Shown: piece after piece, positions 40,643-49,603 of the stretch
How the letters are laid out: each line of letters opens with the position of its first letter
Position numbering within the stretch: position 1 is the first letter of the stretch
Virus record (IMG/VR): IMGVR_UViG_3300033075_001021
Direction: 5' to 3' (one strand)
Origin: a virus
Taxonomy: Duplodnaviria > Caudoviricetes
DNA: 64,000 nucleotides
Position numbers and translations under genes: made by a program
The notes under the pieces: model-generated
Told to the model about the DNA's origin: nothing
Databases searched by the model: none
The model's input: only the letters and a program-made list of their open reading frames with translations

Positions 40643-43600
40643 TTATAGCGATTCTTTTATATTATAAACATTAAAGTTTAATATATTCACTTTAAAGTTG
40701 TATTTATTTGCTGATGCTGGTGTAAGCTTACCAAAGTTAAATGTTGTACTATCTTTATCAAAATTAAACGTGAATGTTTGCTCATCACTATTTGCTAACC
40801 ACTCGCCGCTACCAACATTAAACTCTTTATTTGTATTATCAAATACTGTTACCTTGAAATTATACTTCTTCAATCCAGTACCAGTTTGTTTTAGTTTTAA
40901 TGTGACAACCGATTTAAACCCTTCAATAGGTGTTTCATAATGATTACTTGTAACATTAATCGAAACATCATATGTATTTGACGGATTTGCTGGTGTTTCT
41001 TGTTTAGTGATTACCTTATTATTAGCCTCAACTTCATTTTTATTCGTGTTAGATGCCGCAGCTGCTGATTTCTTATCAACTTCATTTCTAGTCAAAGCAC
41101 CAAGAGAATCTGTTACAGGGTTAATACCAGTAACTAATTTATATGTTGGTTCATCATTCTTTTGTTTGCTCTTATCATTACCACTATTATTTGTTTCAAG
41201 CGCTATTGTATCAGCTCTTGGGTCAAAAGTCTGTGTATTTGCAAAATAGTTAAATGATAACGCATTTTGAAGTTTATTGATTGGTCCATATAAACTTGAG
41301 CCACCAATATACTTAAATGATATTGTTACATTGGCAATCATTGGTTGTACACCAACACCCTCTGGATTAAGGTCCCAAACTAAAGGTTCATAATCAATAG
41401 AAACATTATCCATAATAATTTTTGTATTATAAAAATCACCGATTCTAAGTATACATACTGGTGCTGGACCAAATGCTAAATTTTTTGGTCCAGCTTCTGA
41501 TATTGTTGCCCCTTGTCTTGTGCATTGTAACAAAAATGTCAACCTAGAATTAAACCCTTCAGGTGTAGTAGAGTGAAATGCTGGGTGAAAATATCTTATC
41601 CTTTCTTTAAACTTTTCATACACAAATGGGTCTTCTCGTTTTATTTTTTCGAAGAAATCACATTCAGTATAGAATCTATTCTTAACCTGTTGATTTAAAC
41701 TTATTTGCTGTTCGACATCAACAATTTCAGGTACATCATCAATCTCTTTAGCTTTTTCATTGTTTATAAAATAAACTCTTGCATATCTATCCTTTTTTGG
41801 ATTTAATTGGTCGACTGGCGTAGGTTGACCTGTAACACCAGTTGAGTAACCACCGCTGTTTTTTTCACCAGACGCCGCTATGTTAACTATTAATCTTTTT
41901 TCTGGGATACCGTATGATTTCAATAAGTCTTTAACCGCCTTTGCCCTATTAATTGATAGTGTTTGATTTGTTTTATTATAACCTTGAGCACTGGCATGTC
42001 CATCAATCTTAGCAACGCATTCTGGACATGTATCATTCATAAATGTTGCTAAATCCTCTAAATAACCTGGTGATATCCAACCCAAGTAATCGTTATTTAA
42101 TATTTTAATTCTTTGTGAATTTAAACCAAAATCTGTATTATCTGGCCAAACCAAATTTCTATTTCCTCTGGTATATCTTGTGTCCGCTTGATAATCACCA
42201 ATACCAGCTATACGTGCTGATGTTGCTGGGTCAATATGGAAACTTATACCGCTTTCATAGTCAGTATCAATATCTGACCTATCATTTTTAAAATACACTC
42301 TAAATTCATCTGGTACTTTAATTGGTTCAATTGTCTTCTTCTTTAATTTTTTAAATTGTTGTGTTGTTGGTTTTGTTCTTTGCTCTTCAGTTAATTTTCT
42401 CGCCCACTTAGAATCTAAATCAACACAACCAGCAAACCATGAACGAATAAATTCATCACTTGGGCCATCACTACCACCAAATGAATTTACTATTGACGGG
42501 TGGTCAACTATAATACTAAATGAAAGATTTCCAGTTCTTTCAGTATTGTTATATGTATATATTGGTTCACCTCTACCAATGAAATTGGTTGATTCAATAT
42601 TCAAACTACTAGTTTCACTAAACTGAAGATTATATGGTGGGAACCACATGATTTTACCAAATTTATCAGTAAGTAAATCACCAGGTCCTTGTTCGCATGG
42701 TAATAAATTTGCTGCTGGTGTACCAGCCCAAGCTAAATTCTCTATTGAGAACATATACTTTTTAGGGACGGTTGCACTTCTTGTTAAATTATCACCTTTA
42801 TATGGTGCAATCTTAACAAAACCATTATCATCAAGAACTGAACCTTCTAAATTTTGTCTCCAACCACCATTCTTGTCACCCACTGGAAGAATATCATTAC
42901 CTTCAAATTTAGATTTATTTAAACCTCTTTGTCTAATAAGATTTTTAACATAAGCATATCTGTTATATGTTGTCCATGACCTACAAAATGTATTGTCTGC
43001 TGTTTGACCAGTTGTTGACGTTTTAACACTTGTATCTGGGTTGAAGCTTAAACTGGTTAATACTGCTGAACCCCTTGACATACCACCGTTAACAACTGAA
43101 CTTTGAATTTGGGTTGGCCTACCTATTGTCATATCCCCCTTGGTTGACAATATTGTTTTCATACCAACACTATTAAATAATTTTTGTGTTTTAGATAATA
43201 GCGTATGTTTTTCACCAACAAATTGTGTTCCATCTGATGTTGAGTTAATCGGTAGATTTTGACTTGTACTTGAAGGGTCGGCTACCCAACTAAAATCTGG
43301 TCTAAGGGCTTTTGATTCACCACCAGTACTATATGTATTGTTTGTTCCTTTAAAACCGTATTTTTCAATCATCTTATTACGGTTGTAAGAAATTTCAGGA
43401 ATTGGGTCTAATCTTCCAGTATCAAAAAAGTTTAATATACTACCTTCAGCATCCATAAAAACATAACCTTTAGGGTTAATCATTTTTTGTCCCTTGTTGT
43501 TTCTATAGCCTGGCGCATATGCACTTCTAAAAAAACTAAATGGTGCATTTGGGCTATCATAACCTTCTGGTGATGTACCATTTAATGTTGCTGTAAAGTT

Positions 43601-44677
43601 TGCCAATAAAGCTTTTACTTGTCCTTTACCAGTATTTAATATCATACTATTAGCTCTTTCAATATTACCAATAGCACCATTCTCTGATTGAAAAATTGAA
43701 CCAGCTGCTTGAACTCTACTTCTTGGGATTTCAAAACCTAATATTCTTTCAGCCACATTTAATATTCTTCCACCCGTAGTTGAACCAATTGTAATTCTAT
43801 AATTTGGTCTAAACCCAGCTAAATCACCATTCTTAACAAGACTAAGTATATTATCAGTTACATTTAATGAACCTAATATTTCTTGTTCTGTATTGAATGC
43901 TGCATTGTTCGCTAATGCTAACGCTAACTGTTGACCACCAATAATACCAAGTTTGGTGTCTTTCAATAAACCAAGTGCAGTTAATGTACGTCCAGCTAAT
44001 GAAGCCCTAATATCAAAATTGGTAACTAAACCTCCATTACTAATACCAATACCTTGACCATTTAAAATGCTACCCAATATATCTACGCTTTGAGTAAATT
44101 CTCTACTACCTAGATTCAATCCCCCGTATTCATCTAAATAACTACCCATCTGCTGACCAATCATAACTGGTTGAAGAGATATGAAGTCAGCCATATCAAT
44201 TTGTTTAGGTGCATCAAGATATAAATTCTTAATTGTATTTAGTTTTCTATATTGACCAAAATTTGATTTTGCTAATAAACCATATTGAGTAATATCTTGT
44301 TGACTATAATCAGTTGTACCATTTGGTGGTGTTGGGAATATTGGTACCGCAGGTATATTCTCAATATCAAATAAAGAAGGTGCTGAAGGGTCAGTATTCT
44401 TATACCTATTCATGATAATAGCATTATCATATCTAAGTAACCCATCAACCTCAAGACTTACTTGTTGAATAACAACTCCACTACCAACCATGGTATCTAA
44501 GAACGGTTCACCACCTCTTGGTGAACCATTAACTGATGTTGATAGTTGTGGATACCTAATTGGATTTTGAATATTTCTGTGTAATAAGAAATCTCTTATA
44601 CCAAAATCAGTAGCAGTACGTGTTATGGAATTTTTAGTACCTGGTGTAGGGGCACCTGTATCATAAAAAATTGGCAT
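40643..44677 (-). CDS. Baseplate / tube-initiator-like protein with an OmpA-like peptidoglycan-binding domain
   Basis: WFPPYNLQFSETSS...FIGRGEPIYTYNNTERTGNLSF and PVCILRIGDFY (tube-initiator-like); IDGHAS...NQTLSINRAKAV...GE...DRYA (OmpA C-like). Confidence 0.7.
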   Translation of the reverse strand: MPIFYDTGAPTPGTKNSITRTATDFGIRDFLLHRNIQNPIRYPQLSTSVNGSPRGGEPFLDTMVGSGVVIQQVSLEVDGLLRYDNAIIMNRYKNTDPSAPSLFDIENIPAVPIFPTPPNGTTDYSQQDITQYGLLAKSNFGQYRKLNTIKNLYLDAPKQIDMADFISLQPVMIGQQMGSYLDEYGGLNLGSREFTQSVDILGSILNGQGIGISNGGLVTNFDIRASLAGRTLTALGLLKDTKLGIIGGQQLALALANNAAFNTEQEILGSLNVTDNILSLVKNGDLAGFRPNYRITIGSTTGGRILNVAERILGFEIPRSRVQAAGSIFQSENGAIGNIERANSMILNTGKGQVKALLANFTATLNGTSPEGYDSPNAPFSFFRSAYAPGYRNNKGQKMINPKGYVFMDAEGSILNFFDTGRLDPIPEISYNRNKMIEKYGFKGTNNTYSTGGESKALRPDFSWVADPSSTSQNLPINSTSDGTQFVGEKHTLLSKTQKLFNSVGMKTILSTKGDMTIGRPTQIQSSVVNGGMSRGSAVLTSLSFNPDTSVKTSTTGQTADNTFCRSWTTYNRYAYVKNLIRQRGLNKSKFEGNDILPVGDKNGGWRQNLEGSVLDDNGFVKIAPYKGDNLTRSATVPKKYMFSIENLAWAGTPAANLLPCEQGPGDLLTDKFGKIMWFPPYNLQFSETSSLNIESTNFIGRGEPIYTYNNTERTGNLSFSIIVDHPSIVNSFGGSDGPSDEFIRSWFAGCVDLDSKWARKLTEEQRTKPTTQQFKKLKKKTIEPIKVPDEFRVYFKNDRSDIDTDYESGISFHIDPATSARIAGIGDYQADTRYTRGNRNLVWPDNTDFGLNSQRIKILNNDYLGWISPGYLEDLATFMNDTCPECVAKIDGHASAQGYNKTNQTLSINRAKAVKDLLKSYGIPEKRLIVNIAASGEKNSGGYSTGVTGQPTPVDQLNPKKDRYARVYFINNEKAKEIDDVPEIVDVEQQISLNQQVKNRFYTECDFFEKIKREDPFVYEKFKERIRYFHPAFHSTTPEGFNSRLTFLLQCTRQGATISEAGPKNLAFGPAPVCILRIGDFYNTKIIMDNVSIDYEPLVWDLNPEGVGVQPMIANVTISFKYIGGSSLYGPINKLQNALSFNYFANTQTFDPRADTIALETNNSGNDKSKQKNDEPTYKLVTGINPVTDSLGALTRNEVDKKSAAAASNTNKNEVEANNKVITKQETPANPSNTYDVSINVTSNHYETPIEGFKSVVTLKLKQTGTGLKKYNFKVTVFDNTNKEFNVGSGEWLANSDEQTFTFNFDKDSTTFNFGKLTPASANKYNFKVNILNFNVYNIKESL

Positions 44678-44691
44678 GATTGTAATTTAAT

Positions 44692-44759
44692 AATAAATAT
44701 GACATTGTAAAATTATTTTAACGTGAATTTAATAAAAAGTCATTATTTATATATTTATT
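44692..44759. promoter_or_regulatory. Divergent pair of ATATTTATT candidate late promoters
   Basis: A minus-strand box at 44700-44692 precedes the baseplate gene; a plus-strand box at 44751-44759 precedes the HNH gene. Confidence 0.6.
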
Positions 44760-44762
44760 AAT

Positions 44763-45350
44763 ATGGGTAGAAAAAAAATACATACTAAAGAAGAAAAAAA
44801 AGAACTTAAAAGGCTTTATGATATTGAATATAAACGAAAAAATAAAGATAAAATTAAAGAACAAAATAAACAATATCGTTTATTAAAAAAAGAAACCTTT
44901 AAATTAAGTGATGAAGCAAAAGAAAAATTAAGATTATATGCAAAACAGTATAGAAAAAACAATCCCAATAAACATAAGGAATATGTAAAAAATAGGTCTA
45001 AAAATGATGTAAAATTTAGATTAACAACCAATATTAGGAATTTAATAAGAAATAGTATTTATAGACAAAGAATTAATAAAAATACCAAAACTGAGAATAT
45101 ATTAGGTTGTTCCTATGATGAATTTAAAAAACATATTGAATCTCAATTTGAGTCATGGATGTCATGGAATAATTACGGTAACCCTAAAGATGGTATATTT
45201 GAACCAAATAAGACTTGGGATATTGACCACATAGTTCCAATTAGCTCTGGAATGACAGAAGAAGAGATTATTAGGTTAAATCATTATACTAATTTAAAAC
45301 CATTATGCAGTTATTATAATCGTTGGGTTAAACGAAACTTAAATCAATAA
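44763..45350 (+). CDS. Free-standing HNH homing endonuclease (only convincing plus-strand gene)
   Basis: Lys-rich N-terminal repeats, LGCSYDEFKKHIESQFESWMSWNNYG and WDIDHIVPIS...LNHYTNLKPL...N. Confidence 0.85.
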   Translation: MGRKKIHTKEEKKELKRLYDIEYKRKNKDKIKEQNKQYRLLKKETFKLSDEAKEKLRLYAKQYRKNNPNKHKEYVKNRSKNDVKFRLTTNIRNLIRNSIYRQRINKNTKTENILGCSYDEFKKHIESQFESWMSWNNYGNPKDGIFEPNKTWDIDHIVPISSGMTEEEIIRLNHYTNLKPLCSYYNRWVKRNLNQ

Positions 45351-45426
45351 TGGCATACTTTATTTTCTATATAAATACCATTATAGATGAAAATTTGTGA
45401 AAATAAACCTCAATTTAAGCTATTTT

Positions 45427-45455
45427 AAAATGAAAATAGCCCACTATGGGCTATT
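45427..45455 (-). terminator. Intrinsic terminator
   Basis: 9-bp stem AATAGCCCA/TGGGCTATT followed by TTCATTTT on the minus strand. Confidence 0.7.
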
Positions 45456-45526
45456 ACGTAGTAAATTTGGTTTATTGTATGTAGTAATGTAACTATATAT
45501 TTTTTTTATGTTATTATGTAATACAT
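45430..45526 (-). ncRNA. Candidate small RNA or minigene transcript (~100 nt)
   Basis: Lies between a host-type promoter (45530-45561) and a terminator; only a 6-codon ORF (MYYIIT) starts here. Confidence 0.3.
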
Positions 45527-45529
45527 AAA

Positions 45530-45561
45530 CAAAGTTACGAAATTTTCTTGACATTGTCAAG
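45530..45561 (-). promoter_or_regulatory. Bacteroidota-type promoter overlapping the palindrome CTTGACA-T-TGTCAAG
   Basis: TAACTTTG at 45537-45530 with CTTG 20 nt upstream; 14 bp (ACAAAGTTACGAAA) are identical to the primase promoter; palindrome at 45547-45561. Confidence 0.6.
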
Positions 45562-45570
45562 TACTAATTT

Positions 45571-48099
45571 TTACTTTGGATTTTGATTTTGGGTACCAGA
45601 AGTCGCATTTCTTATCGCCATAGTGACTTTATTTGACAATTCTCTAATGAAAATTGGGTCACCTAAAAGCTCTTTTCCAATTAAATTAGCTGAATTTCCT
45701 TGTAATCTCAATTCAATTGAACCAGTTACATTCAAATCACTTAATTTAATTGAACCTGGTATTGCAGATGGTTGTGATGAAGGAACCATAGTGGTCATCA
45801 ATGCTTTAGCTAATGACTTGTTTCCATTTTCATTTGTTCCAGCTATCATTGTACCATCATTAACCTTCATGAATTTATCTTTAGGGTTAAAAACAACACC
45901 ATCATTTACAGGTCTTGCTTCTGAACCTTTTTTATTATCAAACATTCCACCTATCATTGTACCATCATTAACCTTCATGAATTTATCATTAGGGTTAAAA
46001 ATAACACCATCATTTATATTTGTTCTCTCTGAACCTTTTTTGTTATCAAATTGCCCACCAATCCAACCACCAGCCATTGAACCTAATTGTGCACCAAGCA
46101 TCGTACCAATTGGACCGAAGAACGAACCCAAAGCACCACCAAGAGCACCGCCAGCTATATTACCAATACCTTCACCAACATTACCACTAGAGAATGAGCT
46201 AATACTATTAAGTCCACCAACAACACCACCACCAAGGGCACCACCACCAAACGTACCTAATTTACTAAATACTCTTCCAGCACCACCAACAGCACCACCA
46301 GCAGCACCTGCGCCACCTGTACCCATCCCAATTTGAAAACCTTTAGCTAAGTTTATGCCATTTAATACCCAGCTAGCATTATCCCAAAGGAAACCAAAAA
46401 GTTTAGCAGCGCCAACTACACCAAGTGTAAGTAATGGATGTTTTGTAACAAAACCTAAAAATGTACCAATAACACTACCAATCACCTTAGCGGCCTCTCG
46501 TACCTTTTCACCAATTTTTTCTTTTTGCATCCAAACTCTAAAATCTTTAAGACTATTACCAAAATTTGTTGCTAATTCTGTTGCAATTGGTAAAAGAAAT
46601 TGTTTAAATTGGTCAGTTAATGATTTAATTTGGTCGTCAAATGTCATTGCAGCTTTAGCTCTTTCCTTTAGCGTCTTTTGCTCTTGCATTTTAGCATCAA
46701 CCAAAGCTTTAGCACTACCATGAATTTCATCTAAGAATTTTGTATCAGCACCTATTTTAATAAAAGCTCTACCATTTTCAAATTCTGAAACGTTGGCTAA
46801 AAATTCCTGTTCCTCAGGACTCAAGCCAGTCATAGATATTTTTTCTTTTATTTTAGCAGCCTTTCCAGCCCTTTTAGCGGCCTCTGCTAATTGTTCGTAG
46901 GATATGCCAGTCGCTTCAGCAACTTGCCTTAAACGGGCCATTTCTACGCTTGCTAGCTTAATATTACCGTCCTCATCTAAGGACGCAGATTGCGCCGCAG
47001 CTTCACCAATCGATTTTACCAACCCCTCCATATCATTACGAGCTTGATACATCAATTTGAATGGGTCAGCCAATTGTGACCATTTACCACCCAAAACTTG
47101 AAGCTGAGCAGACATTTCAACAGCACCTTCAATGTTAAATAATTTATCAGCCATTGGTGCAACAGTTTCCATATCAATACCTAATTTGGTTACTGTTTCA
47201 GCCATTTTAGCCAACCCCTTAACACCACCCTTAAAGTTATACCTATTAAGAAGCTTAATGTTGTTTTGTATGTTTTTGATTACTTTTGACGCATTTAGAC
47301 CCATTGAACTAGCATCATTCATTGTCTGTTCAATTAAGTCAGCTGTTTTTTGTGTTGATAAACCTTGTGCATTAAATTCAGCAGTCATCTTAGCCGCTGC
47401 TTCAGCACCTAATCCAGTACCTTTAGCGATATCGCTAATATTGTTTAATCCTTTTTCACTTAAAAGAACTGCCCTACCTAATTCATCTGAATACGTTGCT
47501 TGTATTTCAGCCAAATCTTGAATTGTTGTACCTAATGCAATAGCAGCATCTTGAGCATTTGTAATATTGTCACGGAATTCACCACTTCTAGAACCCAAAA
47601 GGCCCATACTAAGTGCTGAAGTCCTAATGGCTTTGTCCATGTCAAAGATACCAGTACCTTTTAGTTGACCAAAACCAGCTTTCATTAATTTAGGGAACGA
47701 TGCAATAACCTTCCCCATTTCTTTAAAAACAACACCAGTTTTATTAACAGCCTTATATTGTTCGGAATAGAATTTTAAAAGTATAGATAGCTGCCTAATC
47801 TCTTCTTCAATAATTTCTTTGTTCTCACCCTCAGCTTTAAGAGCAGCTTTTTTTAAGGCTGTAATTTCATTCTGAATATCCTTAATCTTCTTTAATCCCT
47901 TAATCAAACCATCCATTCCTTTTTTCATTTCTGATTGGACTTGGTATGATTTTTTAACAGCTTCTAAGTGTTTTTGTGCTTCCTTGCTAAATTGGGAATA
48001 GGTATCCCTGATGTCATCAAGTTGGACACCGACCCTATTTAAAAACTCTAAAAACTGTCGTCTTTCTTCAGGACTTAAATTTGAAAGGTCTATTGGCAT
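45571..48099 (-). CDS. Tail tape measure protein
   Basis: 842 aa, helical and Ala/Lys-rich, with Gly-rich hydrophobic segments; lies downstream of the tube and chaperone genes. Confidence 0.8.
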   Translation of the reverse strand: MPIDLSNLSPEERRQFLEFLNRVGVQLDDIRDTYSQFSKEAQKHLEAVKKSYQVQSEMKKGMDGLIKGLKKIKDIQNEITALKKAALKAEGENKEIIEEEIRQLSILLKFYSEQYKAVNKTGVVFKEMGKVIASFPKLMKAGFGQLKGTGIFDMDKAIRTSALSMGLLGSRSGEFRDNITNAQDAAIALGTTIQDLAEIQATYSDELGRAVLLSEKGLNNISDIAKGTGLGAEAAAKMTAEFNAQGLSTQKTADLIEQTMNDASSMGLNASKVIKNIQNNIKLLNRYNFKGGVKGLAKMAETVTKLGIDMETVAPMADKLFNIEGAVEMSAQLQVLGGKWSQLADPFKLMYQARNDMEGLVKSIGEAAAQSASLDEDGNIKLASVEMARLRQVAEATGISYEQLAEAAKRAGKAAKIKEKISMTGLSPEEQEFLANVSEFENGRAFIKIGADTKFLDEIHGSAKALVDAKMQEQKTLKERAKAAMTFDDQIKSLTDQFKQFLLPIATELATNFGNSLKDFRVWMQKEKIGEKVREAAKVIGSVIGTFLGFVTKHPLLTLGVVGAAKLFGFLWDNASWVLNGINLAKGFQIGMGTGGAGAAGGAVGGAGRVFSKLGTFGGGALGGGVVGGLNSISSFSSGNVGEGIGNIAGGALGGALGSFFGPIGTMLGAQLGSMAGGWIGGQFDNKKGSERTNINDGVIFNPNDKFMKVNDGTMIGGMFDNKKGSEARPVNDGVVFNPKDKFMKVNDGTMIAGTNENGNKSLAKALMTTMVPSSQPSAIPGSIKLSDLNVTGSIELRLQGNSANLIGKELLGDPIFIRELSNKVTMAIRNATSGTQNQNPK
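45843..46050. repeat. Tandem duplication with a 108-bp period in the TMP C-terminus
   Basis: 45843-45942 is near-identical to 45951-46050 (FDNKKGSE...NDGVxFNPxDKFMKVNDGTMI twice). Confidence 0.9.
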
Positions 48100-48133
48100 T
48101 TCTTTTCTTTATTTTTATAAATATACGAAAATG

Positions 48134-48157
48134 AAAAAAGCCCATTTTCAGGGCTTT
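48134..48157 (-). terminator. Intrinsic terminator after the chaperone extension ORF
   Basis: AAAGCCC/GGGCTTT stem plus a U-run; followed by an ATATTTATA box (48124-48116) for the TMP gene. Confidence 0.7.
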
Positions 48158-48431
48158 ATATTAGTGGTACATTTCCACTTTTTATTTGTGATTTTAAGGC
48201 TTCTCCACTGATTACCTTTTTTCTGTTACCATTCGAGCCGCCAGATGTTTTCTGGATTTGTTGCATTCTTTCATGTTCTTCTGATTTATTTTTGACCAAT
48301 AAACCAATATGAAATCTTCTTTCATTTGTTGGCATATTCATAACGTCACCATAACCCATTTTTAAATGAACCATGCAAACATGAATTTCTTCCCATAAAT
48401 TAGCCTTATATTGTAATGTCAGGCCAAAAAA
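48156..48431 (-). CDS. Frameshift extension of the tail assembly chaperone (GT-like; T4-like gp51 small ORF)
   Basis: +1 frame ORF entered at the T7 run; FFGLTLQYKANLWEEI...DVMNMPTNERRFHI has the MP..ER motif typical of such extensions. Confidence 0.6.
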   Translation of the reverse strand, partial: FFGLTLQYKANLWEEIHVCMVHLKMGYGDVMNMPTNERRFHIGLLVKNKSEEHERMQQIQKTSGGSNGNRKKVISGEALKSQIKSGNVPLI

Positions 48432-49602
48432 ACTTGAGGCTAAGCGGAAGAAAGGTTTTAATGGACCCACCTCTTGGAGTCCTAATTTCAACTTCTAAAT
48501 CAACACCCGACTCAATTTTATCAACATATTCCCTAAATTCTTTTGCATCACGTATTCTCATATTGTCAATAAATTGACTTATTGACGCTGGGTTTCTGTC
48601 ACCATTCACTTCAACAATCTGTCTCTGTAATTTATAGGTATTTGCACTATTAACGGGTAACTCTTGTTTTTCATCATTTTCAATCATCAACTCAATATCC
48701 TCAACATCGCCAACTGTTAATAACTTAAACTTTAATTCAGCTTTTGAAACTGGAAGAGTAAATGTAAATAATCCTTCAGCATCTGGGTCAACACCTAAGT
48801 TTTTAACTTTTAATGTTGATAAATCAATTTCTGTGTCGAATGGATTTCCATCTTCATCAAATACAGTAACTGGATACATTTCACCAAATGCTGTTGCTCT
48901 GAGCCACAACATAATAGCGTTTCTATCACCAACATGTAAATCTCTATACCTAATATTAGTTTCTAAAAGTTTTCTATTGATTAAGATTTCTAAAAACTGA
49001 CCACTTTGTAATAGATTTGGTGAAGTAAGAATATTCTCATCAGCTGTTGTCATATACGCAACTCTTACGTTAGGTTTTTTAGATGGATACAATTTACCTT
49101 CAGAAGGTAACGGTAATAAATCAAAAGCCGCATTAAATTGTGGCTGACTTAATTGTTGAATGTAATTGTTTGTGTCGCTCATATTAATTTCGTTAATACT
49201 TTTAACAATAGGTTTTGGCTCAGCTGCCAATACCCTTGTTTCAGGTTCATATTTGTATGATTGTTGTGGTCTTTGTTTTGCTTGCTCATATTGTTTTTCG
49301 TATTCCTGTGTTTTTTGTTGCATTTCAGCAATACGTGCATCCCTCATTTTTAATTGTTCCTCAGTTCTTTTCATCATTGCTTGTACAGCATCTGCCATTG
49401 GTGAACTAGGTGTTTGACTCAATATTGCTTCAGCGGTTCCATTATAAACCTCACTAGCTGCTTGCATTTTTCTTGCCTCATATTCATTATCAACAGATAC
49501 ATTATGTACTGGTGTATCAGCTAATTTATCTGTTCTTATTTGTCCATTTTTTTCAGGCTCTGGCTGACTACTAGGAAAAACATTAGGTCTTTTTTCAGGC
49601 AT
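48406..49602 (-). CDS. Tail assembly chaperone / baseplate hub assembly protein (T4 gp26-like)
   Basis: LPLPSEGKLY...MTTADENIL...GDRNAIMLWLRATAFG...LPVSK...FFWP; sits between the tube and TMP genes. Confidence 0.8.
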   Translation of the reverse strand: MPEKRPNVFPSSQPEPEKNGQIRTDKLADTPVHNVSVDNEYEARKMQAASEVYNGTAEAILSQTPSSPMADAVQAMMKRTEEQLKMRDARIAEMQQKTQEYEKQYEQAKQRPQQSYKYEPETRVLAAEPKPIVKSINEINMSDTNNYIQQLSQPQFNAAFDLLPLPSEGKLYPSKKPNVRVAYMTTADENILTSPNLLQSGQFLEILINRKLLETNIRYRDLHVGDRNAIMLWLRATAFGEMYPVTVFDEDGNPFDTEIDLSTLKVKNLGVDPDAEGLFTFTLPVSKAELKFKLLTVGDVEDIELMIENDEKQELPVNSANTYKLQRQIVEVNGDRNPASISQFIDNMRIRDAKEFREYVDKIESGVDLEVEIRTPRGGSIKTFLPLSLKFFWPDITI

Positions 49603-49603
49603 A

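Noticed and set aside
45623-47521. Long plus-strand ORFs (237, 122 and 129 aa) and the many other short plus-strand ORFs in the track
   Set aside because: They are antisense shadows of biased-codon genes (Gly/Ala/Thr-rich), with no expression signals or recognisable motifs.
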